Assembly (NCBI RefSeq): GCF_026965535.1
Contig: NZ_CP114039.1
Coordinates: forward strand, 8,163,461 to 8,227,460
DNA from: Corallococcus sp. NCRR
Lineage (GTDB): Bacteria; Myxococcota; Myxococcia; Myxococcales; Myxococcaceae
Length of the DNA: 64,000 bases
Reading direction: 5' to 3'
Made by a program: the position numbers and the translations under genes. The notes beneath the pieces were generated by a model. That model saw nothing but the letters and a program-made list of their open reading frames with translations, was not told where the DNA came from and made no database searches. Below, piece by piece: positions 8,691 to 18,495 of the stretch. Numbering within the stretch: the first letter of the stretch is position 1; each line of letters starts with the position of its first letter.

Positions 8691-10322
8691 GTCCTCCTCC
8701 AGCCCCAGCTCCCGGACACGCCGCTGGAGCGCGCGAACGGAGACCTCCAGGCGCTGGGACATCAGCTCCAGGTCGCCCTTGCAGTCGCGGTAGCTCTCGC
8801 GGATCTGCTCGACGCTCAGGTCCTTGGCCGTGCGGGCCTGGGAGCTCTTCTTCATCAGGTTGTAGAGCGAGGCGCGGGTGATGCCGAGCTGGTTCGACGC
8901 GGCCGCCAGGTCCCAGCCGTGTTCGCGCAGCGCGATCATCATCTCCTCCTCGGAGACTTCGGAGGGCTTGCGGCGCGACTCCACCGGCGCCTTCTCGGGG
9001 GATGCGGGGACCGGGATGGGAGCAATCAGCTCCTTCTCCAGTTGGGGATCCACCTGGAGGCTCGGCTGGCCCCGGCTGCTGATGATGAGCTGGCGCGTGA
9101 CGTTGCGCAGCTGCCGGATGTTGCCGGGCCACGGGTGGCGCACCAGGCGGGACGCCAGCGACGTCGGCAGCCAGGGCTCGGCCGAGGGGTCGGGATCCTC
9201 CAGCCGCCAGCGCTCTCCGAGCGCCTCCAGCTCCAGCCGGGCGAAGTGCATCAAGAGGAGGCCCAGGTCCTCGCGGCGCTCGCGCAAGGGGGGAAGCTGG
9301 ATGCCGTACCCCGCCAGCCGGTGCATGAGCGGCGCCTTGAAGGTTCCCTGCTGGATCTGCACCTCCAGGTGCGCATCCGTGGCGGCCACCAGCCGCACGT
9401 TGAGCTTCACGGGGGTGCGGCTGCCCACCGGATACATCTCGCCGGTCTCCAGCACCCTCAGGAGCAGCGCCTGCACCTCGGGGGAGGCCTCGGCCACCTC
9501 GTCCAGGAAGAGCGTGCCTCCCTGGGCGGCGCGGAAGAAGCCCTCGCGGGACTGGGTGGCCCCCGTGTAGGCGCCACGCTCGGCGCCGAAGAGCTCGGCG
9601 GCGGCCAGCTCCTTGGGGATGGAGCCCAGGTTCACGCTGATGAAGGGGCCCTTCTGCCGGCGGCCGTGCTGGTGGAGCGCGCGTGCCACCAGCTCCTTGC
9701 CCGTGCCCGTCTCGCCCCGGATGAGCACCGGCACGTCCAGGTCCGCCACTTGCAAAACCTGTCGGCGCACGCGGCGGACGGCCGCGCTCTGCCCCACCAT
9801 GCCCAGCTCATCCGCTTCCGTCTTCTCGACGGGCTCCACCAGATGGAGCAGCAACACCACGCGCTCGGCCAGCTCCAGCGTGACGCCCAAAGCCAACGCC
9901 TGGGGGCTCAATTCGCGCTCACCGGAAAGAGGCTCTCCGTCCACGAGCACCGGTGAGCTGCTCCCCGCAACCAGCCGCACCCCGCCGGAGCGTCCCGGGA
10001 CCAGGCGCAACGGCTTGCGGCTCAGGAAGGGGTCCGCCAGCGGCAGCCCCAGGAGGGAGCCGGGGCGCGCGAAGTTCGGCTCCGTGCGGGAGAGGGCCAC
10101 CTCCCGGCCCGTCAGGAGCTCGCGGAGCAACACCTGCTCGCCGCTGCGCTGGATCTTCAGGTGGGAGATCAGGGTCAGGGCAGGAACAAGGCCTGCCGCC
10201 GCCGGAGCGCCGTGCCGCGGCTGCCGGGTGAGCGTGGAGATGTCTTCCAACGAGTGCCCTCCGCTTTGTGCGCCGCCGTCACACAGACCGCTCGACCAGT
10301 ACTTCAACGGCCTGTCCCCCAT
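8688..10322 (-). CDS. sigma-54-dependent transcriptional activator (bEBP) with N-terminal FHA-like domain and C-terminal HTH
   Basis: Central AAA+ sigma-54 interaction domain: Walker A GETGTGKE, GAFTGA-loop variant ERGAYTGAT, ELFG, DEV, RQLRNV arginine finger region. N-terminal VLVDGEPLSGEREL / LRLVPGRSGGVRLV looks FHA-like. C-terminal NQLGITRASLYNLMKK is a Fis-type HTH. Start is uncertain (track ORF to 10361; MGDRP at ~10322). Confidence 0.85.
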   Translation of the reverse strand: MGDRPLKYWSSGLCDGGAQSGGHSLEDISTLTRQPRHGAPAAAGLVPALTLISHLKIQRSGEQVLLRELLTGREVALSRTEPNFARPGSLLGLPLADPFLSRKPLRLVPGRSGGVRLVAGSSSPVLVDGEPLSGERELSPQALALGVTLELAERVVLLLHLVEPVEKTEADELGMVGQSAAVRRVRRQVLQVADLDVPVLIRGETGTGKELVARALHQHGRRQKGPFISVNLGSIPKELAAAELFGAERGAYTGATQSREGFFRAAQGGTLFLDEVAEASPEVQALLLRVLETGEMYPVGSRTPVKLNVRLVAATDAHLEVQIQQGTFKAPLMHRLAGYGIQLPPLRERREDLGLLLMHFARLELEALGERWRLEDPDPSAEPWLPTSLASRLVRHPWPGNIRQLRNVTRQLIISSRGQPSLQVDPQLEKELIAPIPVPASPEKAPVESRRKPSEVSEEEMMIALREHGWDLAAASNQLGITRASLYNLMKKSSQARTAKDLSVEQIRESYRDCKGDLELMSQRLEVSVRALQRRVRELGLEED

Positions 10323-10349
10323 CAAGCCGTCTTCGTCCGAGGCCCCTCC

Positions 10350-11255
10350 ATGAAATCCCAAATCTCACATGCAGTGTGGCCGGGGTCCGCGAGCGCCCTG
10401 GTGCTCGCGCTCCTGATGACGTCCTCGGCGGTGGCGCAAGAAGGCCCGGAGGGGTTCAGGGTCGGGGTGCCCGTGACCCAGAACCCATACGTCACGGCGG
10501 TCGCCACCCTCTATGAGCAGACCCGGTACGAGGAGGCGCTCTCCAAGGTGGAGAAGGCGCTCGAATGGCCCACCAACGGTCCGCGCGAGGTGCTCTTCCT
10601 CAAGCTGATGAAAGGCGTGCTCCAGGCGGAGCTTGGCCAGGGCGGCGCGCTGGAGTCCTTCAACGAGGCCCTGGCGCTGGACGCGCAGGCCGCGCTGCCC
10701 GTCCGTCCGTCCTGGCGATTGCGCAAGCTCTTCGAGCAGGCACGCAACTCCGTGGGCCTCGCCGTGAACGAGGAGCAGCTGACCGAGGATTGGGAGCCAA
10801 GTCTTGTCCCGTGGATTCCTCCCCCCAGGCGGCTGGGGCTGAGCGTGAGCCTGCGCGGCGAGGTGGATGTGCTGGGGCTCGGCACCGCCTTCACCGGGAC
10901 TCCGGCCGTGGGTGTGAACTACAGCTGGGAGCGCGAAGGCTGCGCGCTGACGCTGCTGACGCAGGCCTCCCCCGGGCTCAGGGCCGAGGTGCAGTTCCAT
11001 CCGCTCCTCATGGGATGGGTTCGGCCCTACGCCAGGGCCGGCACCACAGCGTTCTTTCGCGTGAGGAATGAACAAGGGGACGGCCACACCTTCCTGGGGG
11101 GGATGAGCGGCCGGGTGGCCGCCGGGCTGGATTGGCAGTGGAGCTCCAGGATGTATGCCTTTTCAGAAGTGGCCTACGAACGCTTCGTCATCGGCTCCGA
11201 TCGCTACAGGCCGGACTCGGTGCTGTTCTCATTGGGCGTGGGGCTGTTTCCCTGA
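10350..11255 (+). CDS. secreted hypothetical protein (signal peptide)
   Basis: MKSQISHAVWPGSASALVLALLMTSSAVAQ is a signal peptide with an AxA cleavage site, followed by a 270-aa domain of unknown function. Divergent from the EBP gene. Confidence 0.5.
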   Translation: MKSQISHAVWPGSASALVLALLMTSSAVAQEGPEGFRVGVPVTQNPYVTAVATLYEQTRYEEALSKVEKALEWPTNGPREVLFLKLMKGVLQAELGQGGALESFNEALALDAQAALPVRPSWRLRKLFEQARNSVGLAVNEEQLTEDWEPSLVPWIPPPRRLGLSVSLRGEVDVLGLGTAFTGTPAVGVNYSWEREGCALTLLTQASPGLRAEVQFHPLLMGWVRPYARAGTTAFFRVRNEQGDGHTFLGGMSGRVAAGLDWQWSSRMYAFSEVAYERFVIGSDRYRPDSVLFSLGVGLFP

Positions 11256-11288
11256 ACCGCAGACAAAGACTCCCGCTACGCAAAGACC

Positions 11289-14200
11289 ATGTTCTCACCA
11301 TCAAGAATCGCAGCAGAATCAATCTCAAGAATCATCATCCTCTCAACCCTGATGCACCTGGCATGCGGGACACCGCCGGGTCAGGGCGAAGCACTGCACA
11401 CGAAGGAGATGGCCGCACCCCTCCAGGCCGCGGGCGATGGGTCGTGGAGCGTCACGGGCGCCATGACCACGGCTCGCTACAATCACACTGCAACGCTATT
11501 GCCTTCAGGCAAGGTGCTGGTCACGGGAGGGAATGCGTCCCGCGAAATGCCCTCCTTTGAAGCGATCCTCGACAGCGCGGAGTGGTACGACCCGGCTACG
11601 GGGACGTGGAGCCTGACCAGGCCAATGGCTACGGCCCGCGTGGGCCACACGGCGACGCTGCTGCCTTCGGGCAAGGTGTTGGTTTCCGGAGGCGAGAACC
11701 TCTTTAACGGCACTCTCAAAAGCGCGCAGTTGTACGACCCGGATACGGGAAGGTGGAGTTCGACAGGGTCAATGGTCAGTGCTCGTTACGACCACACGGC
11801 AACGTTATTGCCTTCAGGCAAGGTGCTGGTCTCTGGAGGCAGCGGTCGAGTCAGCGAAGCACTCAGCAGCGCGGAAGTGTACGACCCAGTTACAGAGAAG
11901 TGGACCGTGACGGGCTCGATGGCCTCGCACCGCGCTTTGCACAAAGCAACACGGCTCCTTTCAGGCAAGGTGCTGGTCACCGGAGCTGCGGCGGCGGAGA
12001 TATACGACCCGGATACGGGGAAGTGGAGTCAAACCGAGCCAATAAACACGGCGCGCTACGAGCACGCCGCAGTGCTGTTGCCCTCAGGCAATGTGCTGGT
12101 TTCTGGTGGCTGTTGCTATATCACCAGCGCGGAGGTCTACAACCCGGAGACCGGGAAGTGGAGCACAACGGGCTCTCTGGCCATCGACCGTTATGACCAC
12201 GCGAACGAGTTATTACCCACGGGCCTCGTGCTGGCCGCTGGCGGTGACAATATCGAAAGCGCGGAACTCTATGACCCCACCGCAGGGACCTGGCACCCCG
12301 TTGGCTCAATGATCACGACTCGCAGGCGTCATACGGCGACGCTGTTGCGCTCAGGCAAGGTGCTTATCGCCGGAGGCTTTGACTTCCTGACAGGTTCACT
12401 CTCCAGCGCAGAGCTATACAATGCATCCACTTCAGCGGTCACCAATCCATCCAATGGGTTATCAACCAGCAGCAACCGACCTGCTTATCGGGGGCTGGTG
12501 GGACTAGTCAGCGCCGTCACAGTGATTGTGGACGGGGTCCCGGTTGGCACCACGAATGCCAATACCTTGGGTGAGTGGACCCTCAATCAACCTGTCGCTC
12601 TGCGAGACGGCTACCACACGGTGATGGCACGAGTCATCGATGCAGTGGACAACGCCCCTGTCGACTCGATCAGCAACTTTTTCTTGGTGGATGCCACCCC
12701 ACCGGCGCCCCCTGTGCTCACGACTCCTGTCGCCAATTCCATGACCAGTGGCCAACCAACATATAGCGGGACAGCGGAGGCCAGGAGCACCGTCATCGTG
12801 ATTGTAAACGGCATCTTGGCGGGAGCCACGATGGCCGACATCACAGGGAGGTGGAGTTTCGTGCCGCCCACGCGCCTGCCGGATGGCAACCACAGGGTGT
12901 ATGCACGAGCGATGGATACGGTCGGCAACACCGGCATCTATTCGAACACCCATTTCTTCACGGTGGATGCCACTCCTCCAATCGCCCCGGAAATCACCAT
13001 TCCTTCCAATGGACTCATAACCAACAACAACGAGCCAACCTACAGCGGTTCGGCGGAGGCATTCAGTACCGTCGCCGTGTTCGTGGACGGAGTTCAGGTC
13101 GACAATACGAGGGCCGATACCGCAGGAAAGTGGACCCTGACGCAGCCTGGAGCGCTGCAGGACGGCAGTCACGTGGTGAAGGCACGAGCGACGGATGCCG
13201 TTGGCAACACGAGTGCCGAATCGAACATCCGCGGTTTCATGGTGGATACCATCCCGCCAACTGCTCCGGAAATCATCGCTCCTTCCAACGGATTGATGAT
13301 CCACAACAACCGTCCCACCTATAGCGGGCAAGCAGAGCCAGCCAGCAGCGTCATTGTGTTCGTGGACGGATTCCAGATTGGCGCCACGACTCCCAACGTT
13401 TCAGGGGAATGGAGCATCTTGCAGCCTGATGCTTTGCAGGACGGAAGCCATCAGGTGCAGGCACGAGCGATGGACGCCGCCGGCAATACCGGCATCAATC
13501 CCAGGACCCATGCTTTCACAGTGGACACCCGCCCTCCGGCAACTCCAGAAATCACATTTCCCATTACCGGAATGACAACCAACATCCGCCTGCCAACCTA
13601 TATCGGCCTGGCCGAAGAGGGCAGCACTGTCACCGTGTTCGTGGACGGAGAGCCGATCGGCGACATGAAAGCCGATACTTCGGGGCGGTGGAGAATCACC
13701 CAACCTGAGACCTTGCAGGACGGCAGCCATCTGGTGAAGGCACGAGCAATGGATGCAGTTGGCAACGCCAGTGCCGATTCGAAGACCCACGCTTTCACAG
13801 TCGATGCCGCCCCTCCGGCTGCTCCAGGAATCATCACTCCCGCAAATGGATCGGCCTCCAACAACTCCCGACCGTTCTATCGTGGTGTGGCAGAGGTAGC
13901 CAGCCTCGTGACCGTGTTCGTGGATGGGGTTCAGCTTGGCAGCACGGCGGCTACGACCTCGGGCGAGTGGAGCCTCGCACAGCCTGAGGCATTGCAGGAC
14001 GGCAGCCATATGGTGAAGGCACACGCAATGGATGCAGTCGGCAACAGCAGCGCTGAGTCCAAAACCCACGTGTTCGTCGTGGATGCAACGCCTCCGATCG
14101 CACCCGAGATCACCACTCCGTCAGCCGGATTGACCATCCGCGACAACCAACCCACCTTTAGCGGTCTGGCGGAGGCTGGCAGCACCGTCGCCGTGCTCGT

Positions 14201-15029
14201 GGACGACGTTCAGATCGGCACCACGAATGCCAACTCCCTGGGCCAATGGAGCATCGCGCAACCTGAGGCTCTGCGGGACGGCGGCCATACAGTGAGGGGA
14301 CGAACCAGCGACGTCTCCGGCAACACCAGTGCTGATTCCAACACCCACGCATTCGTCGTGGATGCCACGCCTCCAGGCGCGCCGGAGATCGCCGCTCCCC
14401 TGGCCGGATTGACCACCTACGACAACCGGCCCTCCTATAGCGGGTTGGCGGAGGCTGGCAGCACCGTCGCCGTATTCGTGGACGACGTACAGATTGGCAC
14501 CATGGATGCCACCCCCCTGGGGCAATGGAGTATCGCGCAGCCTGAGGCCCTTCAGGATGGCAGCCATACGGTGAAGGCACGCGCCACTGACGCGGTGGGC
14601 AATACCGGCCCAGAATCGAACAGCAACACCTTCATGGTCGCGTACAGCGCGCCTTTGGCCCCGCTGGTTACCACCCCCCCCAACAACTCGGCGATCGCCA
14701 AGAATCCGCCAACTTATGGCGGAACGGCGGATGCAGGCATCACCGTCATTGTCATCGTTGATGGAACGTCGCGGGGCACGACCACGGCCGATGCATCAGG
14801 CCGTTGGAGCTTCACGCCTGAGATGACGTTGGTCGCTGGATCGCACACGGTGCTGGCCCGAGCAGTCAATGCAGCGGGGAAATTCAGTGCCGACTCCAAC
14901 ACCCACACGTTCACGATACGGAGGAGTCATTACGGCTGGGGCTGCGCCGCCGCCCCTGCCCTTCCTGCGACCTGGGTCCTGCTCGCGCTCACCTGGGTCC
15001 TGCGCGGCCGGCGGCTCAAGACGCCATGA
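11289..15029 (+). CDS. giant surface protein: Kelch-type beta-propeller repeats + ~10 tandem Ig-like domains + MYXO-CTERM sorting signal
   Basis: 1246 aa. N-terminal repeats of the ARY.HTATLLPSGKVLV.GG type (Kelch/galactose-oxidase-like). Then ~95-aa units TPP.AP.I..P.NGL....N.PTYSG.AE..STV.VFVDGVQ.G.T.A...G.W...QP.ALQDGSH.VKARA.DAVGNTS..S..H.F.VDA repeated ~10 times. C-terminus GWGCAAAPALPATWVLLALTWVLRGRRLKTP is Cys-containing motif + hydrophobic helix + Arg-rich tail (MYXO-CTERM). Possible lipobox LMHLAC near the N-terminus. Confidence 0.8.
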   Translation: MFSPSRIAAESISRIIILSTLMHLACGTPPGQGEALHTKEMAAPLQAAGDGSWSVTGAMTTARYNHTATLLPSGKVLVTGGNASREMPSFEAILDSAEWYDPATGTWSLTRPMATARVGHTATLLPSGKVLVSGGENLFNGTLKSAQLYDPDTGRWSSTGSMVSARYDHTATLLPSGKVLVSGGSGRVSEALSSAEVYDPVTEKWTVTGSMASHRALHKATRLLSGKVLVTGAAAAEIYDPDTGKWSQTEPINTARYEHAAVLLPSGNVLVSGGCCYITSAEVYNPETGKWSTTGSLAIDRYDHANELLPTGLVLAAGGDNIESAELYDPTAGTWHPVGSMITTRRRHTATLLRSGKVLIAGGFDFLTGSLSSAELYNASTSAVTNPSNGLSTSSNRPAYRGLVGLVSAVTVIVDGVPVGTTNANTLGEWTLNQPVALRDGYHTVMARVIDAVDNAPVDSISNFFLVDATPPAPPVLTTPVANSMTSGQPTYSGTAEARSTVIVIVNGILAGATMADITGRWSFVPPTRLPDGNHRVYARAMDTVGNTGIYSNTHFFTVDATPPIAPEITIPSNGLITNNNEPTYSGSAEAFSTVAVFVDGVQVDNTRADTAGKWTLTQPGALQDGSHVVKARATDAVGNTSAESNIRGFMVDTIPPTAPEIIAPSNGLMIHNNRPTYSGQAEPASSVIVFVDGFQIGATTPNVSGEWSILQPDALQDGSHQVQARAMDAAGNTGINPRTHAFTVDTRPPATPEITFPITGMTTNIRLPTYIGLAEEGSTVTVFVDGEPIGDMKADTSGRWRITQPETLQDGSHLVKARAMDAVGNASADSKTHAFTVDAAPPAAPGIITPANGSASNNSRPFYRGVAEVASLVTVFVDGVQLGSTAATTSGEWSLAQPEALQDGSHMVKAHAMDAVGNSSAESKTHVFVVDATPPIAPEITTPSAGLTIRDNQPTFSGLAEAGSTVAVLVDDVQIGTTNANSLGQWSIAQPEALRDGGHTVRGRTSDVSGNTSADSNTHAFVVDATPPGAPEIAAPLAGLTTYDNRPSYSGLAEAGSTVAVFVDDVQIGTMDATPLGQWSIAQPEALQDGSHTVKARATDAVGNTGPESNSNTFMVAYSAPLAPLVTTPPNNSAIAKNPPTYGGTADAGITVIVIVDGTSRGTTTADASGRWSFTPEMTLVAGSHTVLARAVNAAGKFSADSNTHTFTIRRSHYGWGCAAAPALPATWVLLALTWVLRGRRLKTP
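12684..14679 (+). repeat. intragenic tandem repeats (~285-bp units encoding Ig-like domains, ~10 copies)
   Basis: Near-identical codon strings recur (e.g. gcacgagc.atggatgc.g..ggcaacac.ag.gc.ga.tc.aa.acccac). Protein-level periodicity is ~95 aa. Confidence 0.7.
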
Positions 15030-15092
15030 GCCGTTGCCTCCCCACGTCTGCTCCTCGCGGGCGTGGGTCCTCGCGGGCTTCGTTGGAACGCG
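15028..15092. repeat. noncoding fossil copy of the 3' end of the CHAT-STAND gene (direct repeat partner of 18506..18566)
   Basis: gagccgttgcctccccacgtctgctcctcgcgggcgtgggtcctcgcgggcttcgttgga versus gagctgttgccgtccccacgtctgctcttcgcgggcgtgggcctcgcgggcttcgtcgag (18506-18566): ~6 mismatches plus a 1-nt indel over ~60 bp. Here it lies immediately after the TGA of the + strand Kelch-Ig gene, in the convergent intergenic gap. Confidence 0.6.
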
Positions 15093-15119
15093 AGCCCGGC
15101 GCGTACAGAGACTCGCGGC

Positions 15120-18100
15120 TCAGACTGGGTTCCTGGGCTGACGCCTGCGAAAGAACAGGGCCAGGGTCACCAAGGCCCAACTGGCAGGCAGCGCAGGGGC
15201 AGTGGCGCAACCCAAACCGAAATGGCTCCCTGGGATCGTGAATGCGTACTCGCTGGAGCGCAAGCTGGTGTTGCCGGCCTCATCCGTGGCGGTGGTCACC
15301 ACCAGGTGGCGGCCTTCCGCCAAATCTGTCGCCAGGGTGAGGTTCCAGTTCCCTGCCTCATCCATCTGGGCTGTTCCCATCAGGAGGCCATCCAGCCACA
15401 CCGTGACGGTGCTCCCCGGCTCCGCCACTCCGCCGAGGGTGGGCTTCCGGGTGTTGGCGACGGCTCCAGGCGAGTGCACCTCTGGCGCCGCGGGCGGCAT
15501 GGTATCCACCGTGAAGGAATGAACGGGTGAGCCCGTGCTGGTATTGCCCCATGCGTCCGTGGCGGTGGCGACCGCCTGATGCAATCCCTCGGACAGCGCC
15601 GCGACTGGGGTGACGAGCCAGCCTCCCGCGGAGTTCGTCTGCGCCTTGCCTGCCTCGACGCCATCCAGCCACACCCTCACGGTGCTACCCATCTCCGCCG
15701 TGCCTCCAATGGCGGGATTCTGGGTGTTGATCAGGGTCCCAGGTGCCATCACTTCGGGTGCCGCGGGCGCCACGGAGTCGACCGTGAAGGCGCAGGCCAT
15801 GGGAGGGCTGACATTGCCCGCGAGGTCGGTCGCAGTGATTTCAGCGGAATGGAGCCCTTGGGGCAGCGCCGTGGCGGAGGGCACACTCCAGGCTCCTGCT
15901 TCGTCCGTCAAGGTCGTCCCAATCCATGTTTCATTGAGATTCACCGTCACCGTACTGCCAGGCTCCGCCGTGCCGCGGTAGGAGGGGCGGGTCTCACGGG
16001 TGGTGGATCCATTGGCTGGAGTAAGGACCACAGGGGCCGCTGGCGGCGTGGTATCCACCGTGAACGTGCGGGTGCTGGATCCGAAAACGATGTTGCCCAC
16101 GGCATCCGTCACCCTGGGGGTCACGGAGTGGGAGCCATCAACCAGCGCCACGGGTTGCGTGAACTCCCATGCTCCCGAGACCTGGGCCACCGTGGCTCCC
16201 ACGAACGTGTCATCCACCCACAGCAGGAGGGTGCTGCCCGGCTCCGCCCTGCCGCTGTAGGTGGGACGGAGATTCGGGGTGATGAAGCCGTTGTCGGGAG
16301 TGAGGATCGCCGGGGCTGCTGGCGGAGTGGCATCCCCCGCGAGTTCGTACAACTCCGCGCTGTCCTTGCGTGAATAGCCTCCAGCGACCAGCACCTTGCC
16401 GGGGGGCAACAGGGTCGCCGTGTGCTTGTAGCGTGGCTCGGCCATGGAGTCCGTCACACTCCACGTCCCCGCAGCCGGGTCGTAGACCTCCGCGCTGGCA
16501 AGAGTACCACCTGCGTTCCTGCCTCCAGCGACCAGCACCTTGCCGAAGGGCAACAACGTCGCCGTATGCTCCTGCCGTGCCGTGGTGAGTGAGCCCGTGG
16601 AACTCCATCCTCCCGTCGCCGGGTCGTAGAGTTCCGCGCTGCCTTGGACACTGCCCCGGCCTCCGCCTCCGGCGACCAGCACCTGGCCGGAGGCCAACAG
16701 CGTCGCAGTGTGTTTATAGCGTGCCGTGGTGAGTGAGCCCGTGGAACTCCATGTTCCCGTAGACGGGTCGTAGAGCTCCGCGATAGCGCTAAAGCTGATT
16801 CCAGCTTTCCAGCCTCCGGCGACCAGCACCTTCCCGGAGTCCAACAGCGTCGCCGTGTGGTTCACGTGTTCGCTGGTCATGGCGCCCGCGGAACTCCACT
16901 TTTCCGTCGCCGGGTCAAAGACCTCCGCGTTGACGCGGAAGACATTCTGGAACCAGCCCCCAGCAACCAGCACCTTGCCGGAGTCCAACAGCGTTGCCGT
17001 GTGTCCTGTGCGTGCTTCGGCCAGGGGAGCCACGGAACGCCATTTTTCTGTCACCGGGTCATAGACCTCCGCGCTGGCGTCGCCCGGGCCCCCGCCTCCG
17101 ACGACCAGCACCTTGCCGGAGTCCAACAGCGTCGCGGTGTGTTCGTAGTGTGCCGTGGGCATGGAGCCCGCGGGACTCCACTGCCCGGTCGTCGGGTCGT
17201 AGAGCTCCGCGCTGACGAGGGCGCCGACACCTGCGCCAAAGCCTCCGGCGACCAGCACCTTGCCGGAGTCCAACGTCGTCGCCGTGTGGCCCCAACGTGT
17301 CGTGGCCATGGAGGCCGTGGGACGCCACTTCCCCGCCGCGGGTTCGTAATCCTCCGTGGCGACGAGCGTACCGTCTGGGATTTCGCCTCCGGCGACCAGC
17401 ACCTTGCCGGAGACCAACAGCGTCGCCGTATGGTGGAAGCGCGCCGAGGCAAGAGAGCCCGTGGGGCTCCAGCCGCCCGTCGCCGGGTCGTAGACCTCCG
17501 CGCTGACAAGGGGGCTTTGGCCCCAGCCACCAGCGACCAGCACCTTGCCGGAGGCCAACAGCGTCGCCGTGAAGTCCGCGCGTGCCCCGGCCATGGAGCC
17601 CGTGAGACTCCATGCTCCCGTCGCCGGGTCGTAGACCTCCGCGTTGGCGCTGTCTGGCCCCCAGCCTCCGGCGACCAACACCTTGCCGGAGGCCAAGAGC
17701 GTCGCTGTGTGGGAGGAGCGTCCCGCGGTCATGGAGCCCGTGAGACGCCACGTCCCCGTTATCGGCTCGTAGACCTCCGCGCTGGCGACCAAGCGGCCTG
17801 GGCCCACATCCCCGCCCGCGACCAGCACCTTGCCGGAGGGGAGAAGCGTCGCCGTGAAGTCAGCGCGCGCCGAACCCATGGGGTCCGTGAGACGCCACGT
17901 CCCCGTCGTCGGGTCGTAGACCTCCGCGCTGACAAGGGGGCTTGGGTCCCTGCCACCAGCGACCAGCACCTTGCCGGAGGGGAGAAGCGTCGCCGTGTGC
18001 TCGTAGCGCGCCGTGGCCATGTCGCCCGTGGGACTCCACTGCCCGGTCGCCGGGTCGTAGACCTCCGCGCTGACGAGGGCGCCGCCATCTGCGCCAATGC

Positions 18101-18485
18101 CTCCGGAGACCAGCACCTTGCCAGAGGGCAAGAGCGTTGCCGTGTGGTGGTAGCGAGCCGCGGCCATGGCGCCCGTGGAACTCCACCTCTTCGTCGTCGG
18201 GTCGTAGACCTCCGCGCTGGTGCTGTCTGCCCCGCTGCCGCCGGAGACCAGCACCTTGCCGGAGGGCAACAGCGTCGCCGTGTGGTGGGTGCGTGCCACG
18301 GCCATCGCATCCCTGGAGTTCCACAGTCCGGGGGTCGTGGTTTGGAACGCTTGGGTTTCAGACGCCTTGCGACGCGGTTCTTTGTCGCGGTGCTGTGACA
18401 CCTCACCGCACGCCAGTGACAACAGCGCGGTTCCCAGGAACAGCAGCGCAATCACTTCCAATTTCGCACTTGGAACAGGTGCCAT
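15120..18485 (-). CDS. Kelch-repeat + Ig-like-repeat lipoprotein with MYXO-CTERM (paralog of 11289..15029, convergent)
   Basis: 1121 aa. N-terminal signal MAPVPSAKLEVIALLFLGTALLSLACG with lipobox LSLAC. ~12 Kelch-like repeats (ARY/HHTATLL.SGKVLVAGG). 5 Ig-like units (TPPAAP...GTAEPGSTV.V.L.....G..........ATD.AGN). C-terminal SHFGLGCATAPALPASWALVTLALFFRRRQPRNPV is MYXO-CTERM. GAGGG 6 nt upstream of the ATG, only 10 bp after the stop of the CHAT-STAND gene. Confidence 0.8.
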   Translation of the reverse strand: MAPVPSAKLEVIALLFLGTALLSLACGEVSQHRDKEPRRKASETQAFQTTTPGLWNSRDAMAVARTHHTATLLPSGKVLVSGGSGADSTSAEVYDPTTKRWSSTGAMAAARYHHTATLLPSGKVLVSGGIGADGGALVSAEVYDPATGQWSPTGDMATARYEHTATLLPSGKVLVAGGRDPSPLVSAEVYDPTTGTWRLTDPMGSARADFTATLLPSGKVLVAGGDVGPGRLVASAEVYEPITGTWRLTGSMTAGRSSHTATLLASGKVLVAGGWGPDSANAEVYDPATGAWSLTGSMAGARADFTATLLASGKVLVAGGWGQSPLVSAEVYDPATGGWSPTGSLASARFHHTATLLVSGKVLVAGGEIPDGTLVATEDYEPAAGKWRPTASMATTRWGHTATTLDSGKVLVAGGFGAGVGALVSAELYDPTTGQWSPAGSMPTAHYEHTATLLDSGKVLVVGGGGPGDASAEVYDPVTEKWRSVAPLAEARTGHTATLLDSGKVLVAGGWFQNVFRVNAEVFDPATEKWSSAGAMTSEHVNHTATLLDSGKVLVAGGWKAGISFSAIAELYDPSTGTWSSTGSLTTARYKHTATLLASGQVLVAGGGGRGSVQGSAELYDPATGGWSSTGSLTTARQEHTATLLPFGKVLVAGGRNAGGTLASAEVYDPAAGTWSVTDSMAEPRYKHTATLLPPGKVLVAGGYSRKDSAELYELAGDATPPAAPAILTPDNGFITPNLRPTYSGRAEPGSTLLLWVDDTFVGATVAQVSGAWEFTQPVALVDGSHSVTPRVTDAVGNIVFGSSTRTFTVDTTPPAAPVVLTPANGSTTRETRPSYRGTAEPGSTVTVNLNETWIGTTLTDEAGAWSVPSATALPQGLHSAEITATDLAGNVSPPMACAFTVDSVAPAAPEVMAPGTLINTQNPAIGGTAEMGSTVRVWLDGVEAGKAQTNSAGGWLVTPVAALSEGLHQAVATATDAWGNTSTGSPVHSFTVDTMPPAAPEVHSPGAVANTRKPTLGGVAEPGSTVTVWLDGLLMGTAQMDEAGNWNLTLATDLAEGRHLVVTTATDEAGNTSLRSSEYAFTIPGSHFGLGCATAPALPASWALVTLALFFRRRQPRNPV

Positions 18486-18495
18486 ATGACTGCCC

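Noticed and set aside
8661-9956. 431-aa plus-strand ORF and 230-aa ORF overlapping the EBP gene
   Set aside because: Opposite strand of a sigma-54 activator with intact Walker A, GAFTGA and HTH motifs. No features of their own.
16857-18398. 513-aa plus-strand ORF with internally repeated R-rich sequence (also 17059..17751 and 17759..18451 minus)
   Set aside because: Repetition is inherited from the Kelch repeats of the genuine minus-strand gene 15120..18485. Translation is arginine-rich nonsense.
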